A stretch of DNA of 64,000 nt from Pecten maximus (taxonomy: Eukaryota), in the NCBI RefSeq assembly GCF_902652985.1, contig NC_047018.1, forward strand, positions 48,236,001 through 48,300,000, in the 5' to 3' direction. Positions 38,619-52,000 of this stretch are shown here, piece after piece. The translations under genes and the position numbers were made by a program. The notes below the pieces were generated by a model. That model was not told the origin of the DNA. It was given only the letters and a program-made list of their open reading frames with translations, and made no database searches. Every line of letters starts with the position of its first letter. Positions within the stretch are counted from its first letter, which is position 1.

Positions 38619-40279
38619 ATTGACAACAGTTGGAGTGAATTTACAAATGTATTTACAATGTCAGTATATTGTGAATTACATGTATATGTTTTCAAAACTT
38701 AATTTGAACCAATTAAACTTAAATAGATTCTACATCATTCAGGACATCAATTTATATATAACATATACAGTACTGAAAAAAGTCTTATTGCAATCAAGAT
38801 AATCTTCAGATTGCAGACATATTATAGATATATTGGTCAATGGAAAAGAGGAGAGTAAATTTATGACAAGGTGGAGAGAAATATTAATTAGTATTGATAC
38901 TTCTAACTTAAATGAAAAAGCTAATATATTACACTCTTTGGAAATCCAGTCAAATTAGCAACCCATACAATATATAGGCCTGGGCCTAATGACCATGCAC
39001 AATTTCCTAGTCCTACAGGAACTTATTTTTATTGAATATTACAATGATAAGGTGGAGAAAAAGATACGATTGAAAAATGAGAAGAAATTAACGACTGAGA
39101 TTGCACTGCAAACTATCTGGGAATGACTGTCGTCTGCTAATTTAAACAATGCAGGTTAATATTTAGATTAGGTCTTGATTAATCTGTTGTTTTTTACGAT
39201 TATATAAAGGACCTCATGTAATTACCTGACAACATATATATCTACAATATTAACATAAGTATAAAAACAGTCAGCATGTAGACATGTAGCATCGAAAGGT
39301 GTTCCAAACCTACCTAAAAACGATAGTGAAGTACATGATGTACTTGCTGTATGCGTAAAAGGTATGCGGAGATGACCCCCGAAAGTGCACCTGGCGGCAG
39401 CCGATTATACAATCACATGACCTTTCAACTTCGTATGTAAATGAAGAATCTGACAGGCTCAGGGAGCAGTTTGAGAAATGGCGTTCTGAGCGAGGAATTC
39501 GGCGATGTTTTCACGGATTATTGTGTTTTGGATGTAACAATTCGTATTGAGTGGCACGGTAGGTTAAAGATGAATGTTTTCTTATGACGGTCGCATATAG
39601 TGTGCGCCGTGTCAGTTTGAATAAATGTGTTTTTTAGTCGATTGAAGTGAGATGGGGTGCCGTTTCGCTCGTGGCGTAGTTGCCAACCTTCCCTCTTACA
39701 CATTACACATACCGCTGTCATATCAAAAAAAAAAAATCGAAAGTGATATTTTCTATGCAAGCGCCTGTGACCTGTACCGGAGCCTTCCGCTCCGGTGACT
39801 TAAATGTGTAAATAACAATGTACATAACACTTAGAAAAACAATTAGCCGCGAGTAAATGTTGACCATGTGTAATATAGATGGGGCAACGCTGGAGCTCCC
39901 AGACGGGTCCAGCCATTTGTAGTGGATAATAGGGATGAGAGGCGATTAATACCTCTCTGACAGGAGCAATAAACATGAACGGGAGCCGGGCAGACGATTA
40001 CTGCCACGGGCGTGGTGAATTGATTACTTCACGGGATATCATCCCGACGTGTCCCTCCCCATCTAATTACAAACGGTCAACAGATCGACGGGCTATTAAA
40101 ATTCCTAAAGCAAAGATGGTATAACAGAAAATAGAAACATAGAACAATACTACACTAATACAGAAAAATACTACAATAGGATATCTGTGATACTTATTAA
40201 AGTGTATATATACACCTCTTTTATTTAATCACTCGAAAATACGCATCACATCAAATAAAAAGCAAACAGAAAATTAACA

Positions 40280-42320
40280 ATTTATTTATTTTTCAATTTA
40301 TTTCAATTTATTTCACTCAGGCGCACTTTATATTGTGCGCGACAAGAGGTCGATAAGAAATGCAATAATACAATGATATGATTGACAGTAAAGTACACAT
40401 ATTCATCTTCTACACTCCTCAACTCCTCGTACAACGATAGATTCGACATTTCACTATTCATAGCCAATAATTCGTACACTAGCATATACAACATACCATT
40501 TACTACCACAATATTACAATTCCATCTTAGTGCGATCATATATTTTAACATACAAATTCAACTAACATGCAGATACCTTCAATCATGATATAACAATCAA
40601 ACCATCATATACACTACAATAATGTTATATTTAGCAAAAATGATCAATAGTATATGCAGAAAAAAGTTTACAATTTGATGTGTAAATTCATATATTATTT
40701 TTTAAATGCCTTTCTAGAGTTGTATAAACAGGGACATATTTGATAATATTTTGACATTGCATACGGATATCAATCCTTTCATTTTGTGAACCGATGGGTT
40801 TGAGGTATAATAAATAGGTATATATTTTCTAAGAATTTGACTGACATAAGTATTTAAACATGTAAACAGATACTGATATTCGTTTCCAATTCCATTTAAA
40901 CATAGCGGACAGATTCTGTTTTCACGTGGTATTCTAGTCCATCGCCCAGTCTCTATGGGCAGAATATATTACTGGTTCTTAGTTTACATATAGTTACTCT
41001 ATCTTTAGGTTTGAGCCTAATCAAGTATTTTTCAAACTGAAATTGATGTTTAAATATAATATATGTTTGCCCCTTAGAGGAACTTTCAATGTCGTTATAC
41101 CATTGTTGTATAAACTGGTCATGCAAAATAGCTTTAAAGTTTACTCTAAGGTAATTTTTATTCACAGTGCAAGTTTTTTGCTGTAACCATACATAACTTA
41201 GTCCCGTGCAATTGAGTAGATTCTTGATATAGGAAATCCATTTAAAATCAACAAAATCGTTTTCGTGTAAATTAAGCATAAGCTTGTACATTAAACTAGA
41301 CAATTTATTTTCACTTGTAATCAGTTTATACCAAAACATTAGCATCCTTGATTTAATTTCAATATTTAGAGGATACCTGCCTGTTTCCCCATAAATCATC
41401 ATATTTGGTGTAGATCTACGTATGTTTAAAACTTTTTTACAAAACTGTACATGTAATTTCTCAATCATATTGGTATTTTCAAATCCCCATATTTCAGAGG
41501 AGTACAAAAGGATAGGGGATATTAATACATCAAACAATTTTAATTGAAGGTCAATTGGTAAAATGATATTTGTAATTTTCTTATATAATGCATACATTGC
41601 TTTTTGAGCCTGTTCAACGAGTTTTTTTCTTGCTTTACAGAAGCTGCCGTCATAATGAAATAACAATCCTAGAAAAGAGTAACTATCCTGTGTATCAAGC
41701 TCTTCACCAAAAAGAGTAAAACGAATATTTTGTGCTTTACTTTTTCTTTTTTCAAAGATAACCACTTTGGTTTTATTGAGATTAACTTTAAGTTTCCAAA
41801 TAGTACAGTAAGTTTCAAATTCACGGAAAGCATTCTTTAGACCTTCAGCTGTTTCTGACATAACAACCGTGTCATCTGCATAGAGTAAGATAAACAATTT
41901 AACAAATACACCCATGCGCTCTTGAAATAAATTATCAATATGATTGAGTTGGTCAACATTATTTTGCATGAAAAATTCTTCTAAATCATTTAAATATATT
42001 GAAAACAAAAATGGGGAGAGATTTTCGCCTTGTTTTACCCCGACATGACACGTGAAAAAATTGATCATACCATTTCTAGTTTTTACGCAAGATTTAGTAT
42101 TTGCATATAAATTAATTATAACTTTAAATATTTTTCCTGTAATATTATTCTTTAGTAATTTCTTCCATAAACCTACCCTCCAAACAGTATCAAACGCCTT
42201 CCTAAAATCAATAAATGAACAAAACAGTTTTTTATTCTTTGAAAAGTATATAGATATCAAGGCATGCAGGATAAATATATTTTCAGTTGTAGAGTAGCCT
42301 TTCCTAAATCCAGCTTCAAC
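40280..42320 (-). mobile_element. 5'-truncated non-LTR retrotransposon (RTE-X-like LINE): RT domain, C-terminal Cys/His motif and (GAAATAAATT)n tail
   Basis: AGFRKG, FIDFRKAFD, GVKQGENLSP, LYADD and GETGRYPL; after a frameshift IETGRW..RENRICPLC..GNEYQYLF.C; clade assignment is an inference. Confidence 0.85.
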
Positions 42321-43329
42321 AAAAGTTATAATTATAACTGCCTTTTGTTGCGATAATAATGTCCATGACCCGTACATTGACATCAACACAACATGAGGCT
42401 GAATTGAATAGTCGCGTGTCATTAATTATTACATAATATGGTGGTCGATATACGGTACGATACCCGGAGAAAATTCATCACCTCACATAATTTGGGCAAA
42501 AATTTACAGTGAGTTAGTTGGCATCACTAATCAATTAATATACTGTTAATTACCTTTTGAAAAAGGAACGATGTATACAAATAATTATGGTTAAAAAATA
42601 TAATGAAAAGTAAAATCCTCCAATATTTAACTAACGCTCACGATCAACATGTACACCAAGAAAATGCACAGTCTTAACTTTTAATGTAGTTTCTAATTAC
42701 AAGTATTTATTAAAAGTGAAAATACACTGTCTACATAGTTAACCCACTTATAAAGTTTAAATACATTTCAATGTATAATTGACGGCAGTACTGCTTTTCG
42801 TACATTACCGATAACAGTTGTTTTTAACGTTTAAAATTTATGGCCTTTATTTCGTAGAGTAGCGCAAAAATCTTAACCTATTTACCCTTTACTCAGTGAT
42901 GACTTCAAAATAATAAGATAATAAAATAATAATAGTTAATATTCATATCTATTACACGCCTATCAATTCAACAAAACGTGCAAAAAACTGACATGACACT
43001 CACCTTAAACTTACTGTAAATTCGTCGTAGCATTTATTTTATCCAAACATATTTTATTGACAAAAAGTACAAAGGGATTTGGCACAAGTTTTTGCAACTT
43101 ATCAACGCCCTTTCCCAAAACAAATACAAAATTACAATATTTGACAAAATAAAGACTAAAGGTCACCAATTCAATATTTTTGTAATATCTTTGTAACATT
43201 GCTCTCCGATTTGTCAAAAGGTAGGAAGTACAGAACAAACAAATATCATGCATTTTAAAATCTATTACTTGTGTTTCGTAGCATTTGCTAAAATGTACTT
43301 GTTGATAGTAATAGACATCGCGTATATGT

Positions 43330-44090
43330 ACGAATTGTGGGGTGTGCAAAAACCGCACTGGACACTGCACACAAAATGAATAAATTATTATGCTTTCTTG
43401 CATGTTAAATGATTCGATGTTCATCTGTATGGTACAGAAGGAGTTAACAAAAAGTACTACTTATCGAATTGTGGGGCGTACAAAAACTCTCGCATGACAC
43501 TCATTCCTCACAGGACGCTCACGTGTGCACTGCACCGTAAATTTGTCGTAAAAAATGCATCATATGCACACGTCCAATCCATGTCAAATTTGGCAGATTA
43601 ATTGGTTAGATGTTCATCTGTATGATACAGAAAAAAATATTTAAAAATGTCATTTAACGAATTGCGGGGCGTGCAAAAACTCTCACATGACACTCATTCC
43701 TCACAGGACGCTCACGTGTGCACTGCACCGTAAATTTGTCTTAAAAATGCATCATATGCACACGTCCAATCCATGTCAAATTTGGCAGATTAATTGGTTA
43801 GATGTTCATCCGTATGATACTGAAAAACATATTTAAAAATGTCATTTAACGAATTGCATGGCGTGCAAAAGCTCTCACAGGACACTCATTCCTCACAGGA
43901 CGCTCACATGTGTAATGCATCGTAGCTTTGCCAGTACATTAGCCTAATAATCACTCGTCCAATCAAAGTCAAATTTAGCAGATTAATTGATTAGATGTCC
44001 ATCTTTATTATACAGCAAACATAATTTTAAAACATCAGATAATGAATTGCGGGGCGTGAAAAAAAACCCGCTCAAGACATGCATTCACTT
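43330..44090 (-). repeat. Tandem array of about 192-bp units, inverse of the 21362 arm repeats
   Basis: GAATTGCGGGGCGTGCAAAAA...ACTCATTCCTCACAGGAC recurs about every 192 bp. Confidence 0.85.
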
Positions 44091-44394
44091 TAACAAATTT
44101 TATTAACATGACAATATCACCTGTCAACCTGTTTTTGTTTGTACATGACAAGTTTTCAGACTAAGATTAACAAATTCTATGTATTTATAACAGTTAACCA
44201 TTACATTAGGTTATATATTATGTATAAGTTATATTAATCAATTCTATATCAATACATCTAACTCGAGTATCTTATAACTATGCATTAATTTATCATAGGT
44301 GCGTAAATTACATGTAAAAGGAGCAGCACAAACCGGCCCGCACAAACAAGGCTCCTTTCCGGGTCAAACATTTAAGAAAAAAAGGTTTCAGCAG

Positions 44395-44660
44395 TTTAAT
44401 TACCAGTGATCCATGCCTGCGGCAAGGATCTGTAACTAACACGTCAAGGTACCCGAGGTTGGCACGGCGCCACAGGACACTCAATGGGTGGTACATGTGT
44501 ATTACCATCGGTAAATGGGGCGTGCGAACATCTCGGGAGGGGAAATCGATCAGCACCGTAACTTTGTCGTAAAAAATGCATCATATGCACACGTCCAATC
44601 GAAGTCAAATTTGGCATGGTAAGGGGTGAGATGTTCATCTGTATGAAACAGAAAATAATA
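44395..44660 (-). repeat. Inverted homologue of the inner part of the 21362-22090 arm
   Basis: CAAGGTACCCGAGGTTGGCACGGCGCCACAGGACACTCA is the exact reverse complement of about 22018-22056. Confidence 0.85.
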
Positions 44661-44893
44661 TTGAACAAGAAATATCTTTAAAAAAAAGATAAACGGCATA
44701 GTTTTAATGCTGGTGGTTATACTGTAAAACTACTGGTGAAATAAGTTAACGAACTACATTGTAATTAATAAATGCGCAGTTTCAGCACGGATTACAAAAT
44801 TGTATCAGTTTGAATCATTTTTGGTGATAATAAGACTGCAAATGTGTCATTTGAATAGATGCATCCACTTATTCAGCTTGCATTCAATTTAAA

Positions 44894-45801
44894 AGGGACA
44901 TCATGGTAAAAACGTTGCAATTTTCACTGAATGTACGCGTTTTGTTCCTTTCCAGTTAGTTTCTGTGCTGTCCCAATGTTCACAGTCAATCCCTATGTCC
45001 AGCTTGACCACTCGATTTAGTTGGGAATCCCACTCAAAATTTAGCGCGGAAATTATCTTTAAATCATTACGTGACTGTTTTGAAATCGTGGCAGCACAAA
45101 CACACGATAGTTTACAAGGCGATATATATATTCCATCTGGGTTAGTTGGATAATGATATTATACAGTGCTTTAAATGTTAAATAACACGTTCTGTATATA
45201 TTACGGCACACATATTTATGTGTAAATAAGTGTAAACATTGCTCATATAGTATAGTGACAGTAGCGATGTACTGGGTACAGACTGTATAAATATTACCGA
45301 GTTTGTGGAACTATTACAGAGTTTGTGTAAATCTTATCGAGTTTGTGGAAATATTACCGAGATTGCCATGACCTACTATCAAACAATCAGGCAGAATACG
45401 AGCGGCGTCCGTATTACTGCTGTTTTCATGTTTGAACTGTTACAGTCTATTGTACTGCTTCCCAAGTTTAATTCTAGGATTGTGTTTGACCCATTTTCCT
45501 ATTATTCTCTTCAGTGCGGAAGCTGTTATCGTTTTCAACCGCAGTCGATTCACATTGGAAGCCATTTTTGTTTCCATGTGTTTTAGTTTGTTGTGCGCAT
45601 GCGTTTATCGTATATGTCACAAATTTTTTTCATATTCAGATTGTTTGATAACCTTTTAATAATTGATAATTGATGTTTTTTTGTACATAGGCATCATCGA
45701 ATTCGAATGGTTATTGTTCAGAAGGTTATTTTTTTTTAAAAGATATACCCAATAATATGATCAAATATACAAAATAAATATTGGTTTACCGTGAGGTCCC
45801 T
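44894..45801. mobile_element. Kolobok-like non-autonomous element inserted at TTAA
   Basis: TIRs AGGGACATCATGGTAAA / TTTACCGTGAGGTCCCT flanked by TTAA; the homologous repeat near 13080 has a single TTAA (empty site). Confidence 0.7.
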
Positions 45802-47464
45802 TTAACTTTGTTTCATTTTTAACTGTATATCTGCATTTTGCATTAACTGCTACATTGACCAATCACATACTTCATCTTGATCAGTAACGCCACCTGTCGC
45901 GTCACATCCGGGGCCAAAACAAAATTGGACGGCTATGCCGAAAAAATGCATACTATAGTCTAATTGGTATATTGCTATAACTGGCTTCCTATTTGTTAAC
46001 AAAAATGTGTTTGAGATTAGAAATTTCCAGATTTTTTTAGAAAAAACAAACAAACTTGCAGACAAGGTAAAATAGCATTATATCCTAATGAGGAACATAA
46101 TTGTCAACACAACATTTATTTTGTCATTGGGATAGGGATGTTAATTTCAATAGGTATTTGAAATTGAGTAGGAAATTGTATCATTCTGGGCCAAAATCAT
46201 GATATTTTGCATTTAATTTAAGGTTTTTTTATGTGGTTGTCATGGTTTTCACAGGTCTAAAAATATCTAAATCAAGTTTCCTTATCCTTCACCAGGCCTA
46301 CTGTGTTGTAAAGAATACAAATATATTTCTTTTTTTAAAGGTAATATGCAGGGTGAACTGGCTATGTTTACATATTTAAAACATGAGCCTTATTTTCCCA
46401 AACTGGGCAATTTTACATTACACTGCTACCACAACATTCAAACACTTAAATCCCACAATACTGTTCCAACATGCTATATACATTGTCTAAAAGGAATTGA
46501 GACTGCTTCTTGCGATGTGGCCATTGCATAGATGTTGGATAAGCTGCACATGGACGGATAATCTGCCTTACTGGATCTTCAATATGATTTCTTGTGGTGG
46601 TTAACTTATGACACTGGATCAACAAGGAGCGTAAAAAACATTATTAATTAATTAATGAAACACAAAAATATTACAAAAAAAAAAAAAAAAGAAGAGTTCA
46701 TATCATCTGAGGGGCAATTATCAGTTAGCATACATGAATTACCATTCTCGTAACCAATCATCAATCAAGCACACATTGTCAAAGATATTTCTTTATTAAA
46801 GACTTTAGTAAACTTGTGAATATTTTTCAAGTTTCAAGCTTCAAAAGCAGACTGTTTTCAAAGCATATAAGTTTCGCAGTGAGATATTTTAGCTATATAT
46901 TCATTTCATAAAACTGAATGTTATGACTTATGTACAAACTCGGGGAAAAATTTCAATGCCGACATTGTTGGCCGATATCCATGGAAATTCTACCTATTTA
47001 TTCGACTGTTAAATAGCCTACTGGGCCTCTCAAAATTATTTTAAAGTAGTGATGCAGTAGACTAGTCTAGGTAAGTTGTTATTTGGGATACTAAATATAT
47101 TCTAATTCACTAGTAGCAGTATAAATAAAGGGTGGGTGTTTTTCGTTAACCAACCGTACCAATAACGAAGCTACTCTCAACAAAGTTAGACAATATAATT
47201 ATGACGGGCGCTGTCGGTTGGTGCGGATAAGTTCGAGGAAATAATATTCTTACACTGTTCTTTGTGTGACATTCAACAGGGTCTTGCTGCTATACATACC
47301 TAGAAAACCGAACACAGATTTGAATTAGTTTTATGCAAGGTGCGCTCCCCATCTTCTTTCGATATATTTACATGCAGCAACGTGGTTTCCCACACTGAAG
47401 AGCTCCGATAAATTACCGTAAATACGCGAATCAGTGCGCGCGTTGCCATAACAGTGACATTATT

Positions 47465-47606
47465 TTGACTTAAGTTTAGACTCAGCTAAGATTATGCTTA
47501 GCACGTTTCATGATCCACTTAAGATTTCGGTCTTAGCTAAGTAAAATCTTAAGACTTAAGTCCAAGTGTAGTCTTAGACTTAAGTCTGCTTCATGATCCC
47601 GGGGCC
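47465..47606. mobile_element. Terminus of a Harbinger-like non-autonomous element (CTTAAG-rich) that truncates Gypsy B
   Basis: Repeated ACTTAAG/CTAAG motifs ending TTCATGATCCCGGGGCC directly against Gypsy RNase H sequence. Confidence 0.45.
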
Positions 47607-47609
47607 AGG

Positions 47610-49544
47610 TCACTGAATTTGTCACAGGCCCAGGTTGTCGCGAGGGCTTCTTTTTCCACTTACGCGACCGCTCTCCAGGTTCCACTATTGACAGACTTTT
47701 GAAGTAGTGCAGCGCCTAAGCCGTATGACGAAGCATCTGCTGATAGCTTTGTTTCCACAGCAGGGTCATATAGCGCTAGTGTAGGAGCGGAGCTAAGTTC
47801 ATGTTTCACAGCTAACATTGCTGCTTTCTGGTCTTCACCCCAGTACCAATCATTGTTGAGATTAAGTAGATCTCTCAGGGGTTTTGTCAACTCTGCCAAC
47901 TTTGCCGAAAACTTTCCAAGCTGATTCACCATTCCTAGGAATCGACGAAGCTCAGTTATATTGGCTGGAGTCGGCATGTCCTCCAGTGCCTTGATTCTTC
48001 TTGGATCCGGTCTCAATCCGTTTTCATCAATCACATGTCCTAGGAAAGTAACAGTAGACTGAGAGAATTGGCATTTCTCTTTCTTAAGTGTCAACCCGTT
48101 TTGTTCAATCCTTGAAAGTACTGTTTTGAGTCTGCCATCATGTTCTTCCTGTGTGGACCCAAATACTAGTGTATCGTCCATCTGACGTATCACACCTTCA
48201 AGTCCTTCCAATAGTTCCATCATCTTACGTTGAAAGATTTCTGGGGCGGACTTTATTCCGAACGGTAGACGGTGATATCGGTACCTACCGTATGGAGTGA
48301 TAAAGGTTGTGAGCAGTGATGATTCCTCACTAAGCGGAATCTGCCAAAAACCCGAGTTGGCAGCTAGTTTTGTGAAGAACTTGGCACCACTAAGCTGACA
48401 TAATGTCTGGTCAACGGCTGGCATTTGATGAAATTCTCGTTTTACAGCTTCGTTCAACTTGGTATAGTCCGTACAAATGCGTATTTTGCCATTTGGTTTG
48501 GGGACAACAACCATCCCAGCACACCAATCTGCTGGTTGTTCTACCTGTGAAATCACGCCGAGATTGACCATGCGTTTTAACTCATCTTTCACTCGACCCA
48601 GGTATGGCATAGGTATTCGCCTCGGGGCGCTAACTGCGTGTGGCGTACCATCAGGTTTTAGAGTGATTTTATATGTCCCATCCAGTTTTCCCATGCCACA
48701 AAACAACTGTGATTTTACAGCTACTGATCCGACAATTTTGATCAAATCCAATGCTCTTATCGCTGGACTTCCTAGTAAAGGGAATTGAAGGTTTTCTACA
48801 ACGTACACATCTTGTATCGTCTCTGTTTTCCCTTTAATCTTACCATGAAACTTCCCTAACACTTCTAGTCGCTGTTTCCCTGGACCTACAAGTACTTTAG
48901 TTGATTTCTCTAATAGGACTTTGATGTACTTGTAAAGTGTCTTTGGTATAACCGTGACATCGGCACCAGCGTCTATTTTAAAGGTGACCTTTCTGTTTTC
49001 CAGATAAAGGTTTATAGACCAGTTCATTGAACTCTTATCTGTAGATACCGATCCTAGAAATGCGTCATCATAGTCGTATTCGTCGGAATCCTGCGGTGAC
49101 CTCGTGATTTTTTTTCTTTTCTCGGGACCCGTACTGTAATGGTCTCTTACCTGTGTGTTTACTTCTACAAAATTTTCTGAAGTGTCCCATTCCTCCACAG
49201 CTGTAACATTTTGCATCTTTAGCAGCTGGACACTGTGCTAAAGCATGTCGTGTCCTAAAGCCACAACGACCACAGTGATCTTGATTATCACTCATGTCTA
49301 CATTAGGTTTTTGCTTTGTAGGAAATCGTTGTCTCCGGTGTTTATCTTGTTTACTAAGTCTATCAACATTCACAGGTATCTGACTTGGTTCAACGTTACG
49401 GACAACCGACTGTTGTTTCTTAACTGCCTCACTCTGACGAGCCCGAGTTACAGCTTTCTCTAATGCGAGATTCGCGTCTAATTGTAATTTTTCAGACAAT
49501 CGTATGTTCTTCAACCTGACCACTAACCTGTCTCTGATCATCTC
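47610..49544 (-). pseudogene. pol: Gypsy B gag C-terminus, protease, RT and partial RNase H
   Basis: Double CCHC knuckle, FKIDAGADVT, RICTDYTKLN, LPFGIKSAPE, QMDD, ADASSYGLGA and VEKEALA; frameshift and deletion present, integrase missing. Confidence 0.9.
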
Positions 49545-49714
49545 TGTAGTTTTCTTGTATACATCATTGTCCAGTTATAAGATTAGAGTAGTGGAGCCTA
49601 AATTGTATGACGTAACATGGGGTCTACTTGTTTGTGGCAGATTTTCCGGATCAGGCGCACGCCGGTTTTGAGTTAAGAAACAAGCGTCCCGGCGACAGGA
49701 TATAAAAATCCATC

Positions 49715-51351
49715 ATGGCTGACACAGGATTCAGCAGAGAAGACCTCTCCATGTTTATGTACATATTTGAGGAATTGTTTGATAATACTGAGGAAGAAAG
49801 ATTTAAAAGAGACATAATTTGCTTTCTGGCATATGCTGATGAAAAGTGAGTAATTATTTAAGCTTAGTTATGTGTGTTGTTGCTGCTAGCAGCTTTTGAG
49901 TCGTCAAGAGATATGTACATGTAGTACTATTCTGTCTGTTGCAGTTGTCATGTAGCTTACATATATACATACACTACTGATGTACACACAATGCTTGTTG
50001 TAAATTGTTATTCACGCATTATATTATATAATTATTTAGTGTTCTGGAACGTTGAATGTTGTCGCAATGTTGCTTTTAAAGGTCGTATCCTTGTACTATA
50101 TTTCAATTAACTATTCTTAGAATCCGGCGTGTACTTTTATCACATACAGTTACACGTACATGTACACGAGTGTTTAGTCTACTTTAAGAAACTTTTATGC
50201 TACCAACAATATTATGATAAATATAAATATAATTTTATACTTCTATATTTATAATATGACATATATATTACCTGTAGCAAACAACTGAATAACAGGTTAC
50301 TAATATGCAATTTCTTCACAGGACTCGTCGAATAAGAAGAAAGACCCAGGGATTTTTTGAAACAACTGTTCCTGAATTTTTCCCGGATACATTTCAGAGG
50401 TTCTTTCGTATGACAAGAGGAACAGTTGAACTGTTGTGCCAATCTCTTGCAAGATGCCGGGAACTAAGAAAAAGAAGTTACAGAGGGGGTAGAGATGAGG
50501 TGCCTGTTCAGAAAAAAGTGCTAATGACCTTGCGATATCTAGCTTCTCAAGAAAACTTAATGGAACTAAGCGATAGATTCGGTGTTACAGAGTACAGCTT
50601 TTTAAAACATCACAACCAAGTGATTGATGCAATCAACAATAACTTAATGCACAAATTTATCAGGTGGCCAAGTAACGAGGAAATGGACAACATAGCCATG
50701 AAATTTAATGACATGGGTACTTATGAATTTTCAGGCATTATAGGAGCAGTAGACGGAACACATGTCAGGATCGAACCACCCTCAGAAAACCCACAAGCCT
50801 ACTTCAATCGCAAAAAATTCCATTCCCTAATCTTGCAGGGTGTATGTACAAGTGATATGAAATTAATTCATGTAAACATAGGGTGGCCTGGGAGAGTCCA
50901 CGATGCAAAGGTCTTAAGAAATTCTGATCTTTGGAATACAGGTTTTGAAAAATGTCGGTATGGTCGTTTCCATATTCTAGGTGATGGTGCCTACCCAATC
51001 AAAGTATGGTTACTAACTCCCTACAGAGATACAGGACATCTCACAAGAAATCAAACCAAGTTCAACAAGAGTCTTTCGTCAAAGCGTCAAGTGATAGAAA
51101 GAGCCTTTGGCTTGCTTAAAGGTCGCTTTAGACGTCTAAAATATATTAACAAGAGATCAATTGTAAACATGTGCACAGTTATTCAGTCAGCATGTATTCT
51201 TCACAATATGTGCATTTGTAACGGAGAAGATCTGGCAGAATTTCTTGAAACAGACGTCAATGATGATGATGATGATGTCCATGTTGTCCAATTTGGCGAG
51301 AATGATGCAGAAGGAACCCTTAAAAGGATCAACATGACAAACAGACTATAG
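49715..51351 (+). CDS. Harbinger DDE transposase (HARBI1-like), exons 49715-49845 and 50322-51351
   Basis: GAVDGTHV, YFNRKKFHS, GWPGRVHDAKV, LGDGAYP and RQVIERAFGLLKGRFRRL; GT-AG intron in phase. Confidence 0.93.
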
Positions 51352-52000
51352 TTCATGTTTTCGAAAAAAAATGGAAATGTTTCTTTTGATTGAACATAGA
51401 AAACAAAGATGAATGTAAAACATGAACAATTTAATGAACACAAAAGAATAGCAAATCACAACTTGTATTTGCCAACACAATATTCAATGACGATATTAAA
51501 ATAAAAAAATAAAAAAAGACATCATCATTTCAAGTTTTTAGTCATTACAGTTGAAAATTCTATTTTCTAGTGAAATAAATGGTCAGCAATGTATAACCTT
51601 TGTAGTTATAATCTTTCAAAAATTGGGATAATCATACTTTAGTATAAGTACTACATCAAAATTTCAAAATGCAAATCAACAACATACCACCAGGTAATAT
51701 TTCTATCTGTCATTTTTCATGTGATTCTGGACATTTGATGTCCAACATGACGATCAAAACATTATTATCCATCTAAATAACTTTGCACGTTCTCCAGAAA
51801 CTAGAGTGCACTTATTAGTGTGTTGGGAAGAGTAATACAATCTCACCGATCACACAATATCACAGCTACTTTACCATTACAAAAATATCACAGCTACTTT
51901 GCCATTACAAAAGTAAAAAAAAATAAGGAAAAAATATTGCAGCTTCTTTGTCCCATACAAAATAATACGTATAGAGAATACATCAATAAGTTTCTCTGAA

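Larger units (their letters stand above)
31380..39769. mobile_element. 8.4-kb DNA transposon-like element with TIRs of about 410 bp and 8-bp TSD ACCTGTAC, inserted in the 5' LTR of element A; no transposase recognised
   Basis: CACAGGCGCTTGC...GCAAGCGCCTGTG; 31380-31790 is the inverse of 39358-39769; TSD at 31372-31379 and 39770-39777; the 3' LTR shows the empty site. Confidence 0.92.
22375..40175 (-). mobile_element. Non-autonomous (pol-less) Gypsy-like LTR retrotransposon A with two nested insertions
   Basis: 3' LTR 22375-23123; 5' LTR 30982-40175 (split by an insertion); TG...CA ends; TSD ATAG at 22371-22374 and 40176-40179; PPT 23124-23136; tRNA-Leu PBS next to the 5' LTR. Confidence 0.93.

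Noticed and set aside
42320-42422. N-terminus of the 489-aa RT ORF
   Set aside because: RT similarity starts at AGFRKG; the upstream codons are flanking DNA read through the 5' truncation point
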